A stretch of 56,145 nt of DNA from a virus (lineage: Duplodnaviria; Caudoviricetes). The stretch lies in the IMG/VR virus record IMGVR_UViG_3300048858_000111, positions 1 through 56,145 of that record; one strand, written 5' to 3'. The position numbers were made by a program, and so were the translations under genes. This document shows, piece after piece, positions 1 to 9,092 of the stretch; the stretch's first letter is position 1, and the number at the start of each line of letters is the position of its first letter. The notes below the pieces were generated by a model that made no database searches, was not told the origin of the DNA, and worked only from the letters and a program-made list of their open reading frames with translations.

Positions 1-17
1 TTACTCGCTACTTTCAA
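1..17 (+). promoter_or_regulatory. Probable integrase arm-type binding site
   Basis: TTACTCGCTACTTTCAA matches 47634-47650 TTACTCGCCACTTTGAA at 15/17. Confidence 0.7.
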
Positions 18-1128
18 ATAGAGTCTCGATGACTCCCGCGAAGTCGGCGATCTCGGCCTGGCGTTCGATGTAGAACTCCTTCGTGATCTCCTCCGACCCG
101 TGCCCGAGCTGGTCGGCTGCAGCCTTCGTGCCGACCTGCCGGGCGAGGAGCGTCGCGACGGCCTTCCGGTAGTCCCGGGGCGTCTTGCCCTCGTACGGGG
201 TGTCGACGAGCGCCTGCCGCCACTGTCGTCTCGTGTTCGCAGGCCACCGCCACGTGCCTGTGGCAGAGGGGAAGACCATCGGGTACTCGGCGTTCACGCG
301 GCGCTCCGTGAGCATCGCGACCACGGTTGGCGGCAGCTGCAGGCCGCGGTTGCCGGCCTCGCTCTTCGGGTGGTCTTGCCGGACGAGGCCTTCGTCATCG
401 ATGAGGGTTCCGTTCACGTACACGACACCGCGTGCGAGGTCGATGTCCTCGTCCCATCGGAGGGCGAGCGTCTCGCCGATCCGGGCGCCGGTGGCGGTGA
501 GCATCTGGGCGAGCTCGTACAACTCGGAGACGTGGTCCCGGTCGTACTCGCGGAACAGGTCGCGCATGGCGTGAATGTCGCTCCCGCTCATGACCTTCAC
601 GATCCGCTTCCTGGCGGACACAGAGATGACGTCGGCGGCGTAGTTCTTCGGGACCGCCCCGTGACGCACGGCGAGGGCGAACATCTGCACGAGGACGGTG
701 CGGGCTGTGCGGGCCGTAGAGACGCGCTCCATGCGTTCACGGATGAAGCGGTCAAGGCGCGGTGTTGTCGCCTCACGCAGGCGCAGGTCGCCTAGCGCGG
801 GCAGAATCTGACCTCGGACAGAGTTCCGGTACGTCGTGAGGGTGCCGACGGGTGTGCCCTTCAGCTTCCGCTCCGCCAGCCACGCGGCCGCGAGTTCCTC
901 GATGGTCGACGTGGGGGAGAGCAGGCCATCGGACTCGCCCTCGGCAAGCTTCGCCCGCAACGCCGCGAGTAGAACCGTCTCAGCGTTCGCCTCGGTCTTG
1001 CCGTAGCGCTGCATTTTCCGCCGCCGGCCTGTCGCGTCACGGTAGTAGGCCGTCGCCATTGGTCGCCCTCCGACCGTGCTGCGGGTGACCTTGCCCCACG
1101 TCTCGAGGGGGAGCGCTGGTCTAGGCAA
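1..1128 (-). CDS. int: Tyrosine integrase
   Basis: GARIGE (R), PKSEAG (K), RDYR (HxxR position), QLGH and EFY catalytic motifs; probable TTG start at 1128 overlapping the upstream stop. Confidence 0.93.
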   Translation of the reverse strand: MPRPALPLETWGKVTRSTVGGRPMATAYYRDATGRRRKMQRYGKTEANAETVLLAALRAKLAEGESDGLLSPTSTIEELAAAWLAERKLKGTPVGTLTTYRNSVRGQILPALGDLRLREATTPRLDRFIRERMERVSTARTARTVLVQMFALAVRHGAVPKNYAADVISVSARKRIVKVMSGSDIHAMRDLFREYDRDHVSELYELAQMLTATGARIGETLALRWDEDIDLARGVVYVNGTLIDDEGLVRQDHPKSEAGNRGLQLPPTVVAMLTERRVNAEYPMVFPSATGTWRWPANTRRQWRQALVDTPYEGKTPRDYRKAVATLLARQVGTKAAADQLGHGSEEITKEFYIERQAEIADFAGVIETLFESSE

Positions 1129-1564
1129 GAGCGGCCTTTGCAACCCACTGGCCCTCGCCCATGCGGGGGTCGACGTACGTGATCTCGCCGAGGCGCATGA
1201 GGCAGTACTCCCGGTAGTCACGCACGATCTGCGGTGTCACGTCGAGCTCCTCGGCAATGAAGGCGACATCGTGAGAGATGGCCTCGGCACGGGCGTACGC
1301 GAGGGGGTCGACGAGCAGGGACGCGGCGAACCTGTTGGCCTGGCGCTCACCCGAGGGGCTGGCGCAGGTGTGGCAATACTTCGCGTGGCCAAGTTCGTGT
1401 GCGATGACCTCATGGCGCTCTGCGCGGGTGAGGTTCATCTCGACATAGATCGTCGATTCGTCGTGGTCGTAGAAGCCGACGAGGTCTTCTTCGATCTCGT
1501 CGAGGTGCGCGATCACCAGGCGTACCCCGAGTCGCCGAGCCACCCCCCACAGCTCTCGCATCAT
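1121..1564 (-). CDS. ImmA/IrrE-family metallopeptidase (anti-repressor)
   Basis: HELGH zinc motif, ERQANRFAASLL; lies between repressor and integrase. Confidence 0.88.
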   Translation of the reverse strand: MMRELWGVARRLGVRLVIAHLDEIEEDLVGFYDHDESTIYVEMNLTRAERHEVIAHELGHAKYCHTCASPSGERQANRFAASLLVDPLAYARAEAISHDVAFIAEELDVTPQIVRDYREYCLMRLGEITYVDPRMGEGQWVAKAALA

Positions 1565-1568
1565 CCGG

Positions 1569-1955
1569 CTACTCCTCGGTGTCCTTCTTGGGGCGTCGCT
1601 TCGCAGCCATCTCACCCTTGCCCTGCTCCCAGCGCTGGCGGGCCTTCTCGGTCGCAGCGCGCGGCGTGGAATCAGTATCGGCATCGCCTACGACACTGAG
1701 CGTCCGACCGGCAGCGGCCGGCCTCGCTTGAGCGACTAGCTCGAAGGGGGAGAGGCCGAGGAGCTCGGCGATGCCGTCGAGATCGGTGGTGCTCCACGGG
1801 TGCTTACCGTTCACGCGGTAGGAGACGTAGGTCTGGTTGCGGCCGATCTGCTCAGCGATGTCTTCTTGGCGCACGCCAGCGGCTTTCCGCAGGCGCTCGA
1901 TGGTGAGCCTGAGCGCGTCGGAGAAGGGCGACAGATCGTTCTCGGTGTTATCCAC
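1569..1955 (-). CDS. XRE-family immunity repressor
   Basis: HTH LRKAAGVRQEDIAEQIGRNQTYVSYRVNG; divergent from cro; GTG start at 1955 assumed. Confidence 0.85.
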   Translation of the reverse strand: MDNTENDLSPFSDALRLTIERLRKAAGVRQEDIAEQIGRNQTYVSYRVNGKHPWSTTDLDGIAELLGLSPFELVAQARPAAAGRTLSVVGDADTDSTPRAATEKARQRWEQGKGEMAAKRRPKKDTEE

Positions 1956-2033
1956 GAGTCTCGACTGTAGCAATGAAATATTGCCAGCGCCATATGTTGA
2001 CATGAATATGGCGATGAACATATGGTCTACAAC
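1956..2033. promoter_or_regulatory. Lysis/lysogeny switch: promoter and operator
   Basis: TTGACA (1997-2002), 18 nt, TATGGT (2021-2026), ATG 7 nt later (leaderless); inverted repeat CCATATGTT (1990-1998) / AACATATGG (2017-2025). Confidence 0.75.
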
Positions 2034-2276
2034 ATGAACTTGACCAACGCAGTCGGCGGAGAGCTCAAAGCGGAACTCGCCCGTCGAGACCTGTCGCAAG
2101 AAGTCCTCATGACCGCTTGGAAAGTGAACCAGTCGACGGTGTCGGCGAAGCTCAAGGGCCGTTCACCCATCTCCACTGAAGAACTCGACGCGGCAGCACG
2201 AGCGCTGGGCTTCGACCCGTTCGAGTTCGTCGCTCGCGCTGGGGCCAACGCTGTCCGGAACGAGGCCGCAGCGTGA
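2034..2276 (+). CDS. Cro-like HTH regulator
   Basis: ELARRDLSQEVLMTAWKVNQSTVSAKLKG; first rightward gene. Confidence 0.8.
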   Translation: MNLTNAVGGELKAELARRDLSQEVLMTAWKVNQSTVSAKLKGRSPISTEELDAAARALGFDPFEFVARAGANAVRNEAAA

Positions 2277-2467
2277 GTGCCACCGTCTGGCTCAACGAGC
2301 AGCAGTGCTCGGAGATGACCGGCATACCTGTCGGCACTCTGCAGGACTGGCGCACGAAGAAGCTCAACATCCCGTTCTCGCGGATCGGCCGGTTGGTCCG
2401 GTACGCGGAAGACGAGGTCGACGCCTACATGCGGTCGCAGACGGTCGCCGTGAAGAAGTCGGCCTAA
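2273..2467 (+). CDS. Excisionase-like HTH protein
   Basis: GIPVGTLQDWR...IPFSRIGRLVRY..DEVDAYM. Confidence 0.8.
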   Translation: MSATVWLNEQQCSEMTGIPVGTLQDWRTKKLNIPFSRIGRLVRYAEDEVDAYMRSQTVAVKKSA

Positions 2468-2559
2468 CCACCCCCCAAGACTGCCGCGTCCACACCCCCC
2501 ACGGATCCCCCCTTCCGGTGGGCGCGGCACCCCCATCCCTGATGAGAGAAGAGAGAGCA

Positions 2560-2802
2560 ATGGATCAGGTCGAGATCGATCGTGCGATCCTCTGGTACTT
2601 CGGTGGCCAGGGGCTCGGCAGGCAGCCCGGTGACTTCGTGCATCGGATCATTCGGGCCATCGCGGTCGCGGATCAGATGAACCGGGACAAGCTCGCGGTC
2701 GTCTTCCCGGACCGGGTGGCGGCGTACATCGAGGTGGCGCACACGACGGATGGGCTCGAGGCTGTGCGCCGTCGGGTCATCGCCGCGGTGGTGCCCGCAT
2801 GA
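2560..2802 (+). CDS. Hypothetical phage protein
   Basis: Purine-rich RBS, ATG 2560, ATGA coupling to next gene. Confidence 0.7.
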   Translation: MDQVEIDRAILWYFGGQGLGRQPGDFVHRIIRAIAVADQMNRDKLAVVFPDRVAAYIEVAHTTDGLEAVRRRVIAAVVPA

Positions 2803-2936
2803 ACCCGAACCGGATGGTCCTCGAAACGATCCGCGCGCTCCGCGACTCGGACGCCCGCAAGCTCGCGGCGCAGCGTGCGCAGTCTCGTGCCGCTCAGCCT
2901 CGTCGTCGCGACCACCGCAAGCTGGTGACCCGGTGA
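2799..2936 (+). CDS. Small hypothetical protein (45 aa, not in ORF track)
   Basis: MNPNRMVLETIRALRD...; 4-nt overlaps on both sides. Confidence 0.55.
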   Translation: MNPNRMVLETIRALRDSDARKLAAQRAQSRAAQPRRRDHRKLVTR

Positions 2937-3034
2937 GCCGGCGGCAGACGTACCAGCGCCCCTCGTGGTGGCGGCGCCTCGCGGGGCCCCGGCTGACGGC
3001 TCGCCTGGTGCGAGCGATGCGGGGTGCGTCGTGA
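2933..3034 (+). CDS. Small basic hypothetical protein (33 aa)
   Basis: GTGA coupling at both ends. Confidence 0.45.
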   Translation: MSRRQTYQRPSWWRRLAGPRLTARLVRAMRGAS

Positions 3035-3201
3035 TCCGGTGGACGCTCTGGCTGTCGCTGTTCTCGTCGGCCATCGGGTTCGTGGTGGTCGCCGCGGTCA
3101 CCCGGACGATCAACGGGGGCAGCGTCCTGCTCGCCATCGTGTTCATCGGCGCCGGGGTCGGGCTATTCAAGCTCGACGAGGCGAGCAGGGCAAGACGGTG
3201 A
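3031..3201 (+). CDS. Small two-TM membrane protein
   Basis: Two hydrophobic stretches; GTGA coupling. Confidence 0.6.
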   Translation: MIRWTLWLSLFSSAIGFVVVAAVTRTINGGSVLLAIVFIGAGVGLFKLDEASRARR

Positions 3202-3491
3202 GCGCCGTGGAAGCAGACGAGAAGCTCGACACGTGGCTGCTCGAGCACCTGGACTTCGAGCCGCCCTGCAGCCTCCCGGCGACAGAGTGCAGCAAGCCCG
3301 CCGCATGGTACCTGCGGATGCGGTGTTGCGGCTCGCTGGTCGCAGCGCTCTGCGAGGAGCACAAGCTGCGTCTCGCCGCCGAGTTCGTGATCTCGGACGC
3401 GATCCGGTTCACATGGCAGTGCGCCGTCTGCAGTGCCCGGCGCACCGCAAGCGATCTGACCGAGTTCATCCCCGTGAAGGCGGCATCGTGA
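3198..3491 (+). CDS. Cys-rich hypothetical protein
   Basis: Multiple Cys/His (C..C, CC, CEEH, CAVC); coupled. Confidence 0.65.
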   Translation: MSAVEADEKLDTWLLEHLDFEPPCSLPATECSKPAAWYLRMRCCGSLVAALCEEHKLRLAAEFVISDAIRFTWQCAVCSARRTASDLTEFIPVKAAS

Positions 3492-4087
3492 GCATCGCCG
3501 ACGCCGTCGCCTCCATTGCCCCGGGCCGCGCGTTCGGGTTCGGTCACGTGGCCGGTGTGGACCCGTCACTCACCGGCACCGGGCTGGCTCTCGTGTCGCC
3601 GTCCGCGTTCGTGGTTACGAAGCTCGCCCGCACCGCTCCGGCGAAGACGCTGCGGGGGACCGACGAGCGGATCCGGTACATCACCGGGCTGACGGTCGCC
3701 TTCATCCCGCGGGGCTCGCTGGTGCTGATCGAGAAGCTGTTCGTTCCGCAGGGCAAGGGCATGGACGGCTCGCTGATCGAGCGGGCCGGGCTGTGGTGGT
3801 TTCTCGTCGACCAGCTGCTGCACCGCGACTGCGAGGTCGTGCCGGTGCAGCAGGCCACCCGGGCGAAGCTCGCGACCGGCAATGGCAACTCGAAGAAGGC
3901 CGACGTGACCGCGACGATGCGGTCCCGGTTCCCCGGGGTGCAGATTCCGGACGACAACGTCGCCGACGCGCTCGCCCTCGCGGCGGCCGCGGCGCACTGG
4001 GCTGGGTTCCCGGCCGATGGGCCCCTGGACCGGAAGCAGAACGAGGCCATGACCGCTGTGGCGTGGCCGAGCAGAGAAGAGAGATGA
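3488..4087 (+). CDS. RuvC-like Holliday junction resolvase
   Basis: GVDPSLTGTGLA, LIE, KLATGNGNSKK, DDNVADALALA. Confidence 0.85.
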   Translation: MSIADAVASIAPGRAFGFGHVAGVDPSLTGTGLALVSPSAFVVTKLARTAPAKTLRGTDERIRYITGLTVAFIPRGSLVLIEKLFVPQGKGMDGSLIERAGLWWFLVDQLLHRDCEVVPVQQATRAKLATGNGNSKKADVTATMRSRFPGVQIPDDNVADALALAAAAAHWAGFPADGPLDRKQNEAMTAVAWPSREER

Positions 4088-4389
4088 CCATGACCGTTCA
4101 GATTCAGCCGGCGAAGCCGAAGGACGAGCACAACGGGCTCGCCGATCTCGAGGACGCGATCCTCGCGAACCCGCACGACACCATCACGGTGGTCACCACC
4201 TATGTGGTGAAGAAGATCACCGAGGACGTGGAGACGGGGGAGCGGTATCCGGTCCTGAAGGCGAAGCACATCGAGCCCATCGTCGGTGACCTGGCGTCGA
4301 AGGCTGTCGAGCTGCAGGCGGCGGCGTACAAGAAGCGCACCGGTGCCGAGGAGCTCGACCTCGACTTCGAGGGCGGTGACGACGAGTGA
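4084..4389 (+). CDS. Hypothetical phage protein
   Basis: RBS, coupled ORF, acidic C-terminus. Confidence 0.7.
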   Translation: MTMTVQIQPAKPKDEHNGLADLEDAILANPHDTITVVTTYVVKKITEDVETGERYPVLKAKHIEPIVGDLASKAVELQAAAYKKRTGAEELDLDFEGGDDE

Positions 4390-5327
4390 GCACCGACACG
4401 GCGACGACCGCCGCATTAGGTCTCGACTACGCCCTCGCCGCGACCATCGTCGCGTCCTCCGAGGACCGGCCCGGGTGGCTGGCCGCTCGCCGTCGGGGAT
4501 GCACCGCCACTGACGTCGCCACCCTCGGTTCGAAGAGCACCGCCGCGTTCCGGCGCGTGCTGAAGGAGAAGCGGGGCGAGGTCGCCGACTTTCGGAACGC
4601 GTCGATGGATCACGGGAGCGCTCGGGAGCCGGTCATCGCGGACTGGGTGCAGCGTCACTTCGGCATCGAGCCTTCGCGGTCGCTGTACGCCCACAACGCG
4701 AACCCTCGGCACCTGGCCACCCCGGACGGGATCTCGTCGCAGTTCTCGTTCACGGGAGAGCTCGCGGAGATCAAGACCACGAACAAGCCGTGGACGACGA
4801 TCCCGCGCCGGTACCTGCGGCAGGTGTGGTGGCAGCAGTACGTCCTCGGCGCCGAGCGCACCCTCGTGGTGTGGGAGGAACGCGACGAGAACTTCCAGCC
4901 CGTGAACATGGAGCCTGAGTGGCGGTGGGTGAAGCGCGACGAGGCAGAGATCGCCGAGCTGAAGATCCTCGCCGACGAGCTGCTCGAGTTCATGGACTCC
5001 GAGGAGCCCGTGCCCGACCCGTTCTACGACGAGCGCATCACCCGCTACCTCGAGGCGCAGGATCGCCGCGACGAGGCCGACGCGGTCATGAAGGCGATTG
5101 AGGACGAGGTCCGCGAGCACGCCGCCGGCAACCCGGTGCGGGTGTTCGGAACGCTCGGTGACCTCACCCTCGGCGAGGCGAGCACGCAGACCCGGTTCGA
5201 CTCGGCCGCGTTCAAGAAGGCCGACCCCAGCACCTACAGCCGGTTCCAGAAAACGATCGGGATCCGGCCACGGCTGACGATCGCCCCGCTGAAGCGAGAG
5301 GAGAGCACCGATGGTGTTGAAGACTAG
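4386..5327 (+). CDS. YqaJ/lambda-exonuclease-family recombination nuclease
   Basis: WLAARRRGCTATD, LATPDG, EIKT, YLRQVWWQ. Confidence 0.88.
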   Translation: MSTDTATTAALGLDYALAATIVASSEDRPGWLAARRRGCTATDVATLGSKSTAAFRRVLKEKRGEVADFRNASMDHGSAREPVIADWVQRHFGIEPSRSLYAHNANPRHLATPDGISSQFSFTGELAEIKTTNKPWTTIPRRYLRQVWWQQYVLGAERTLVVWEERDENFQPVNMEPEWRWVKRDEAEIAELKILADELLEFMDSEEPVPDPFYDERITRYLEAQDRRDEADAVMKAIEDEVREHAAGNPVRVFGTLGDLTLGEASTQTRFDSAAFKKADPSTYSRFQKTIGIRPRLTIAPLKREESTDGVED

Positions 5328-6417
5328 GCAGCCGACCGGGCAGCCCTCGTGGCCGATCATCCTCCTCGCAGGCCGCGAGAAGGCGGGCAAGTCGTGGGCG
5401 CTCGCCCAGGCGTCCGCGTCGCCGATCATCGGCCGCACCCTCTGGATCGGGATCGGCGAGGACGACCCGGACGAGTACGCGCTCGTGCCCGGCGCCCGGT
5501 TCGAGATCGTCGAGCACGACGGCTCTTACCGCAGCATCCTCCAAGCCGTCCGTGACGCTGTCGCGGAACCGCAGCAGGGCGGGCTCCCCACCCTGATCGG
5601 TGTCGACTCCATGACCCGACTGTGGAACCTCATCGGTGACAACGCGCAGGCGATCGCCAACAAGCGTGCGAAGGGGCGCCGCAACGAGTCGGGCGACTAC
5701 ACGATCACCCCCGACCTCTGGAACCAGGCCGCGAAGGAGTGGACAGATGTCCTCGACGCTCTGCGTGAGCACCAGGGCCCCGTGATCGTGACGGCCCGGC
5801 TGGAGTCGGTGACGGTCATGGAGAACGGGCAGCCGACGTCGAAGAAGGAGTGGAAGGTGCAGGGCCACAAGTCCCTGCCCTACGACGTCGGCCTGATCGT
5901 GCACATGACGGAGCGCGGGAAGTTCCAGCTCGTCGGCGTGCGCTCCACCCGGATGCAGATCGAGCGGGAGCGGCCGTGGCCCGGGTTCACCGTTGACGCA
6001 GCCTGGCGCGAGCTGGGCCTCGCGGACACCGTGGCCGGCGCACGCACGCACGCCACGATCCGCCCCGAGGTCGATCGCGACTGGGTCGCCGAGGTCCGCA
6101 AGGCGACCGTGAAGGAGGACGCCCGGTTCGTGTGGCAGGCCGCGAAGAAGGACGGCGCACCGCAAGACGTGCTCGACCAGATCGCCACGTTCGCGTCATC
6201 ATTGCCGGACGCCGAGCCTACTCCGGCCGCGGCGCCCGTTGCCGCGCAGCCCGAGGCTCGGGCTGCTGAGGCCCCGCAGGCCGAGGTTCCGCCTACCGCC
6301 GACGAGGCGCCCATGGTGTTCGCGGAGCCGCCGACCACGTCCTCGGAGTGGCCCGTCACGACCATCCCCGACGGCGAGCCGGGCCACCTGGCATCCGGCG
6401 ACGACGACGTGTTCTGA
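5311..6417 (+). CDS. AAA/RecA-like recombinase (Sak4-like)
   Basis: Walker A GREKAGKS, Walker B IGVDSMT; next to exonuclease; acidic tail DDDVF. Confidence 0.75.
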   Translation: MVLKTRQPTGQPSWPIILLAGREKAGKSWALAQASASPIIGRTLWIGIGEDDPDEYALVPGARFEIVEHDGSYRSILQAVRDAVAEPQQGGLPTLIGVDSMTRLWNLIGDNAQAIANKRAKGRRNESGDYTITPDLWNQAAKEWTDVLDALREHQGPVIVTARLESVTVMENGQPTSKKEWKVQGHKSLPYDVGLIVHMTERGKFQLVGVRSTRMQIERERPWPGFTVDAAWRELGLADTVAGARTHATIRPEVDRDWVAEVRKATVKEDARFVWQAAKKDGAPQDVLDQIATFASSLPDAEPTPAAAPVAAQPEARAAEAPQAEVPPTADEAPMVFAEPPTTSSEWPVTTIPDGEPGHLASGDDDVF

Positions 6418-6424
6418 GGCGCTC

Positions 6425-6907
6425 ATGGATGACCAGCCGAAACCGCTCGAGGCCGACGTGCTCGCGCAGCTGCAGGAGATCGGGCTCAGCAACCCCGACC
6501 CCCGCGACCCGCTGCACCTGAAGCTCGTCGCCACCCTGCGGCGCATGCGCGGGCAGTCCTCGGGCGCCCGGCTGGTGGCGCTGAAGTACGACTTCAACTG
6601 GGAGCTCGTCGCAGCCGGCCGGGAGTTCGCGCAGGCGAAGACCGACTACGAACACCACATCGACCGTGAAGCCGTGCGCTTCCGGATCGAGGGCGAGAAG
6701 TCCGGGGACATGGCTCTTCGCCGTGCGAACGCCACGGACGAGGCCTACACGCTGCTGCTGAAGTACCGCCTCGCGGAGCAGCGGGAGAGGGCGATGAGGA
6801 AGTTCCTCGACACCCTCTCGAACGCATTCGACAACCACCGCACGGATCGTGCGGACGCTCGCGCTGGGAATCAGTTCCACGCGCAAGGACATGACGGAGG
6901 GGCTTGA
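6425..6907 (+). CDS. Hypothetical coiled-coil protein
   Basis: GAGG RBS, ATG 6425. Confidence 0.65.
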   Translation: MDDQPKPLEADVLAQLQEIGLSNPDPRDPLHLKLVATLRRMRGQSSGARLVALKYDFNWELVAAGREFAQAKTDYEHHIDREAVRFRIEGEKSGDMALRRANATDEAYTLLLKYRLAEQRERAMRKFLDTLSNAFDNHRTDRADARAGNQFHAQGHDGGA

Positions 6908-6908
6908 A

Positions 6909-7526
6909 ATGCCTACTGGATACACATCAGAGCTGTACGCGGGCAAGGACGTGACGTTCGAGCACTTCGCATTGCGGTGCGCTCGCGGCATGGGCGTCGC
7001 GATCGAGCTTCGCGACGAGCCGCTCGAGGTGCCGCTGCCCGATGAGTTCGTGATCGGCACCTACGAGACGGAGCGCGCCTTGGAGGCGCAGCTGAAGCTG
7101 GCCGAGGCGTACGCCCGCACCCCGGACGACTGGGCGGCGCTCGAGCTGAAGTCGCGCACCGAGGCGAACGAGGCCTACGAGAAGTCGCTCGCCGAGTCGG
7201 ATGCGCTTCGGGACCGCTACGAGGCGATGCTCGCCGAGGTGAACGACTGGGAGCCGCCGACAGAGGAGCACGAGGGCTTGAAGGCGTTCATGGTGGAGCA
7301 GCTGACGTCGTCGATCAAGTTGGACACCGACTACTCGTACTCCTGGTTCCAGAAGGATGCCGAGCCTCGCACGTGGGAGCAGTACCGCCGCGATCAGCTG
7401 GTGAAGCTGCACGCCGAGAAGAAGTGGGCCGAGCAGGCGCTTCGTGAAGAGGAGGCGCGGGTCGCTGGCCGCAACGCGTGGGTGCGCGCTCTGCGTGAGT
7501 CTCTCGCCGCGAAGGCGGGTGCGTGA
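6909..7526 (+). CDS. Hypothetical phage protein (MPTGYT N-terminus)
   Basis: GGAGGGG RBS; MPTGYT...TF..FAL.CAR.MG. Confidence 0.75.
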   Translation: MPTGYTSELYAGKDVTFEHFALRCARGMGVAIELRDEPLEVPLPDEFVIGTYETERALEAQLKLAEAYARTPDDWAALELKSRTEANEAYEKSLAESDALRDRYEAMLAEVNDWEPPTEEHEGLKAFMVEQLTSSIKLDTDYSYSWFQKDAEPRTWEQYRRDQLVKLHAEKKWAEQALREEEARVAGRNAWVRALRESLAAKAGA

Positions 7527-7729
7527 TGGCGCTCTTCAACGAAGACGGGAGCTGGTCGACGACCGAGTGGGGAATCGAGTACCCGGGAGGCGTGCAGCAG
7601 GTTAGCGATGACCGCGGCGACGTCGAAGACGGGGTGCAGTGGGTGGTCGGCGGCCGCCTCGTGCGCCGCGAGGTCACCTACACCGAGTGGGTCGAGGCAG
7701 CCGATGCCGACGATCCGGAGGTTCAGTGA
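7523..7729 (+). CDS. Hypothetical protein
   Basis: Coupled ORF. Confidence 0.6.
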   Translation: MMALFNEDGSWSTTEWGIEYPGGVQQVSDDRGDVEDGVQWVVGGRLVRREVTYTEWVEAADADDPEVQ

Positions 7730-8427
7730 TGAGCGCCGCTGACCTGTACGAGGACGGATTCCCGCACGGCACGAAGGAAGGCTACGAGCGCGGATGCCGG
7801 GGTAGTGCCTGCCCGAACAAGTTCGAGGGCCTCGACACCTGCCACACCGCCTCCATGCGGTACGCCCGCGATTACGCCTACCGTCGCGCCGTCGACGCGG
7901 GCGAGACCCCGCCGCCCGAGTTCCCGAAGGCAGAGACGAAGAAGGCGTCACAGCACGCCGAGGAGCGGGTGTGGGCCGAGCCGGTCGTAACCGTCGCCGA
8001 CAGCGCCGAGCCGCTTCCCGAGGAGACCCCGGCGCTGACGCCCTCGACTCCTCGGAAGGATCGGGCCCCGAAAACCGCGGCGGTGCACCCGTCGCCTGCG
8101 ATGTACCAGCGCGGGTGCCGCAAAGACAACGAGTGCCCCTCGTTCCTCGCCGGTGGCATCTCGTGCCGACGCGCCCGCCTCGACTACGTGAAGGACCGGG
8201 CCGCCGCGAACCGCGCCGAGCGCGAGGCCGCGGCCACCCAGTTCGACCGTATCCCCGTCGAACCCGCCGCGGCGCTCACCGTCGACGAGTCGCGCACGAT
8301 CGAGCTCGCCCCCGCGCCGGCCGCGCCGCCGGAGGCGCTCGAGGTCGAGACGACGGTCACCCGACTGCCCGGTGGTGGCGTCACGATCGTCATCCGCATC
8401 CCCTCCGCCATGGTCGTGGCCGCATGA
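7729..8427 (+). CDS. Protein with two H-x5-Y-x-RGCR...C...C metal-binding repeats
   Basis: HGTKEGYERGCRGSACP and HPSPAMYQRGCRKDNECP. Confidence 0.7.
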   Translation: MSAADLYEDGFPHGTKEGYERGCRGSACPNKFEGLDTCHTASMRYARDYAYRRAVDAGETPPPEFPKAETKKASQHAEERVWAEPVVTVADSAEPLPEETPALTPSTPRKDRAPKTAAVHPSPAMYQRGCRKDNECPSFLAGGISCRRARLDYVKDRAAANRAEREAAATQFDRIPVEPAAALTVDESRTIELAPAPAAPPEALEVETTVTRLPGGGVTIVIRIPSAMVVAA

Positions 8428-8930
8428 CCGCCGTGCAGCAGCTCGCGTTCGACTTCGACGCCACTCCCGAGTGGGTCCCTCTCGTGAAGCCCACGACCCC
8501 GAACCTCGCGACCCTCGTGGCCGAGGACCGGTGCCGCGACTGCGGCGCGAAGTGCGCGTTCAACCAGGGCGGCGCCACCCCCGGTATCGGCCTCTTCATG
8601 GTCTGCGACGAGTGCGCGAAGCTCGACCGCTGCCGACTGGTGTGCTGCACCCCGGTCGCTGAGCGACGCCCGTCGCGCATCGGCCTCACGCTCGACGAGG
8701 GCGCGCACTGCGACTGCGGGTGGTGGATATGGGCCGAACGGTGGGACGACGACGACCCGAAGGCGCGCATCCCCCTCACCCCCGACGAAGTCGTCGACCT
8801 CATGGCCGAGCACGCCGAGCCCCGGCACGTCAGCCGCTGGGGAAAGGCGCACCTCGTGGCCGAGCACGACGAACTCGTGGCCGCGCGTGAGCGTCGCCGG
8901 GCTGCGTACCGGAAGCGGGCCGCAGCATGA
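8424..8930 (+). CDS. Cys-rich hypothetical protein
   Basis: CRDC, CDEC, CDCG; ATGA coupling. Confidence 0.65.
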   Translation: MTAVQQLAFDFDATPEWVPLVKPTTPNLATLVAEDRCRDCGAKCAFNQGGATPGIGLFMVCDECAKLDRCRLVCCTPVAERRPSRIGLTLDEGAHCDCGWWIWAERWDDDDPKARIPLTPDEVVDLMAEHAEPRHVSRWGKAHLVAEHDELVAARERRRAAYRKRAAA

Positions 8931-9092
8931 GTATCGAGATCAATCTCATCTGCGACCACTGCGGGCGCGTCATCGACGGCGGCAAGACAGCCCGCGCAAT
9001 ACGTGCTGAAGCCAAGAGCACGGGCTGCAAGGTCGCCCTCGCGGGTGGCCGAGACCTCTGCTGGGATTGCGCGAAGCGGGCCGCAGCATGAG
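8912..9092 (+). repeat. 20-bp direct repeat flanking one small gene
   Basis: GAAGCGGGCCGCAGCATGAG at 8912-8931 and 9073-9092. Confidence 0.9.
8927..9091 (+). CDS. 54-aa zinc-finger protein (not in ORF track)
   Basis: MSIEINLICDHCG...DLCWDCAKRAAA; ATGA overlaps at both ends. Confidence 0.7.
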   Translation: MSIEINLICDHCGRVIDGGKTARAIRAEAKSTGCKVALAGGRDLCWDCAKRAAA

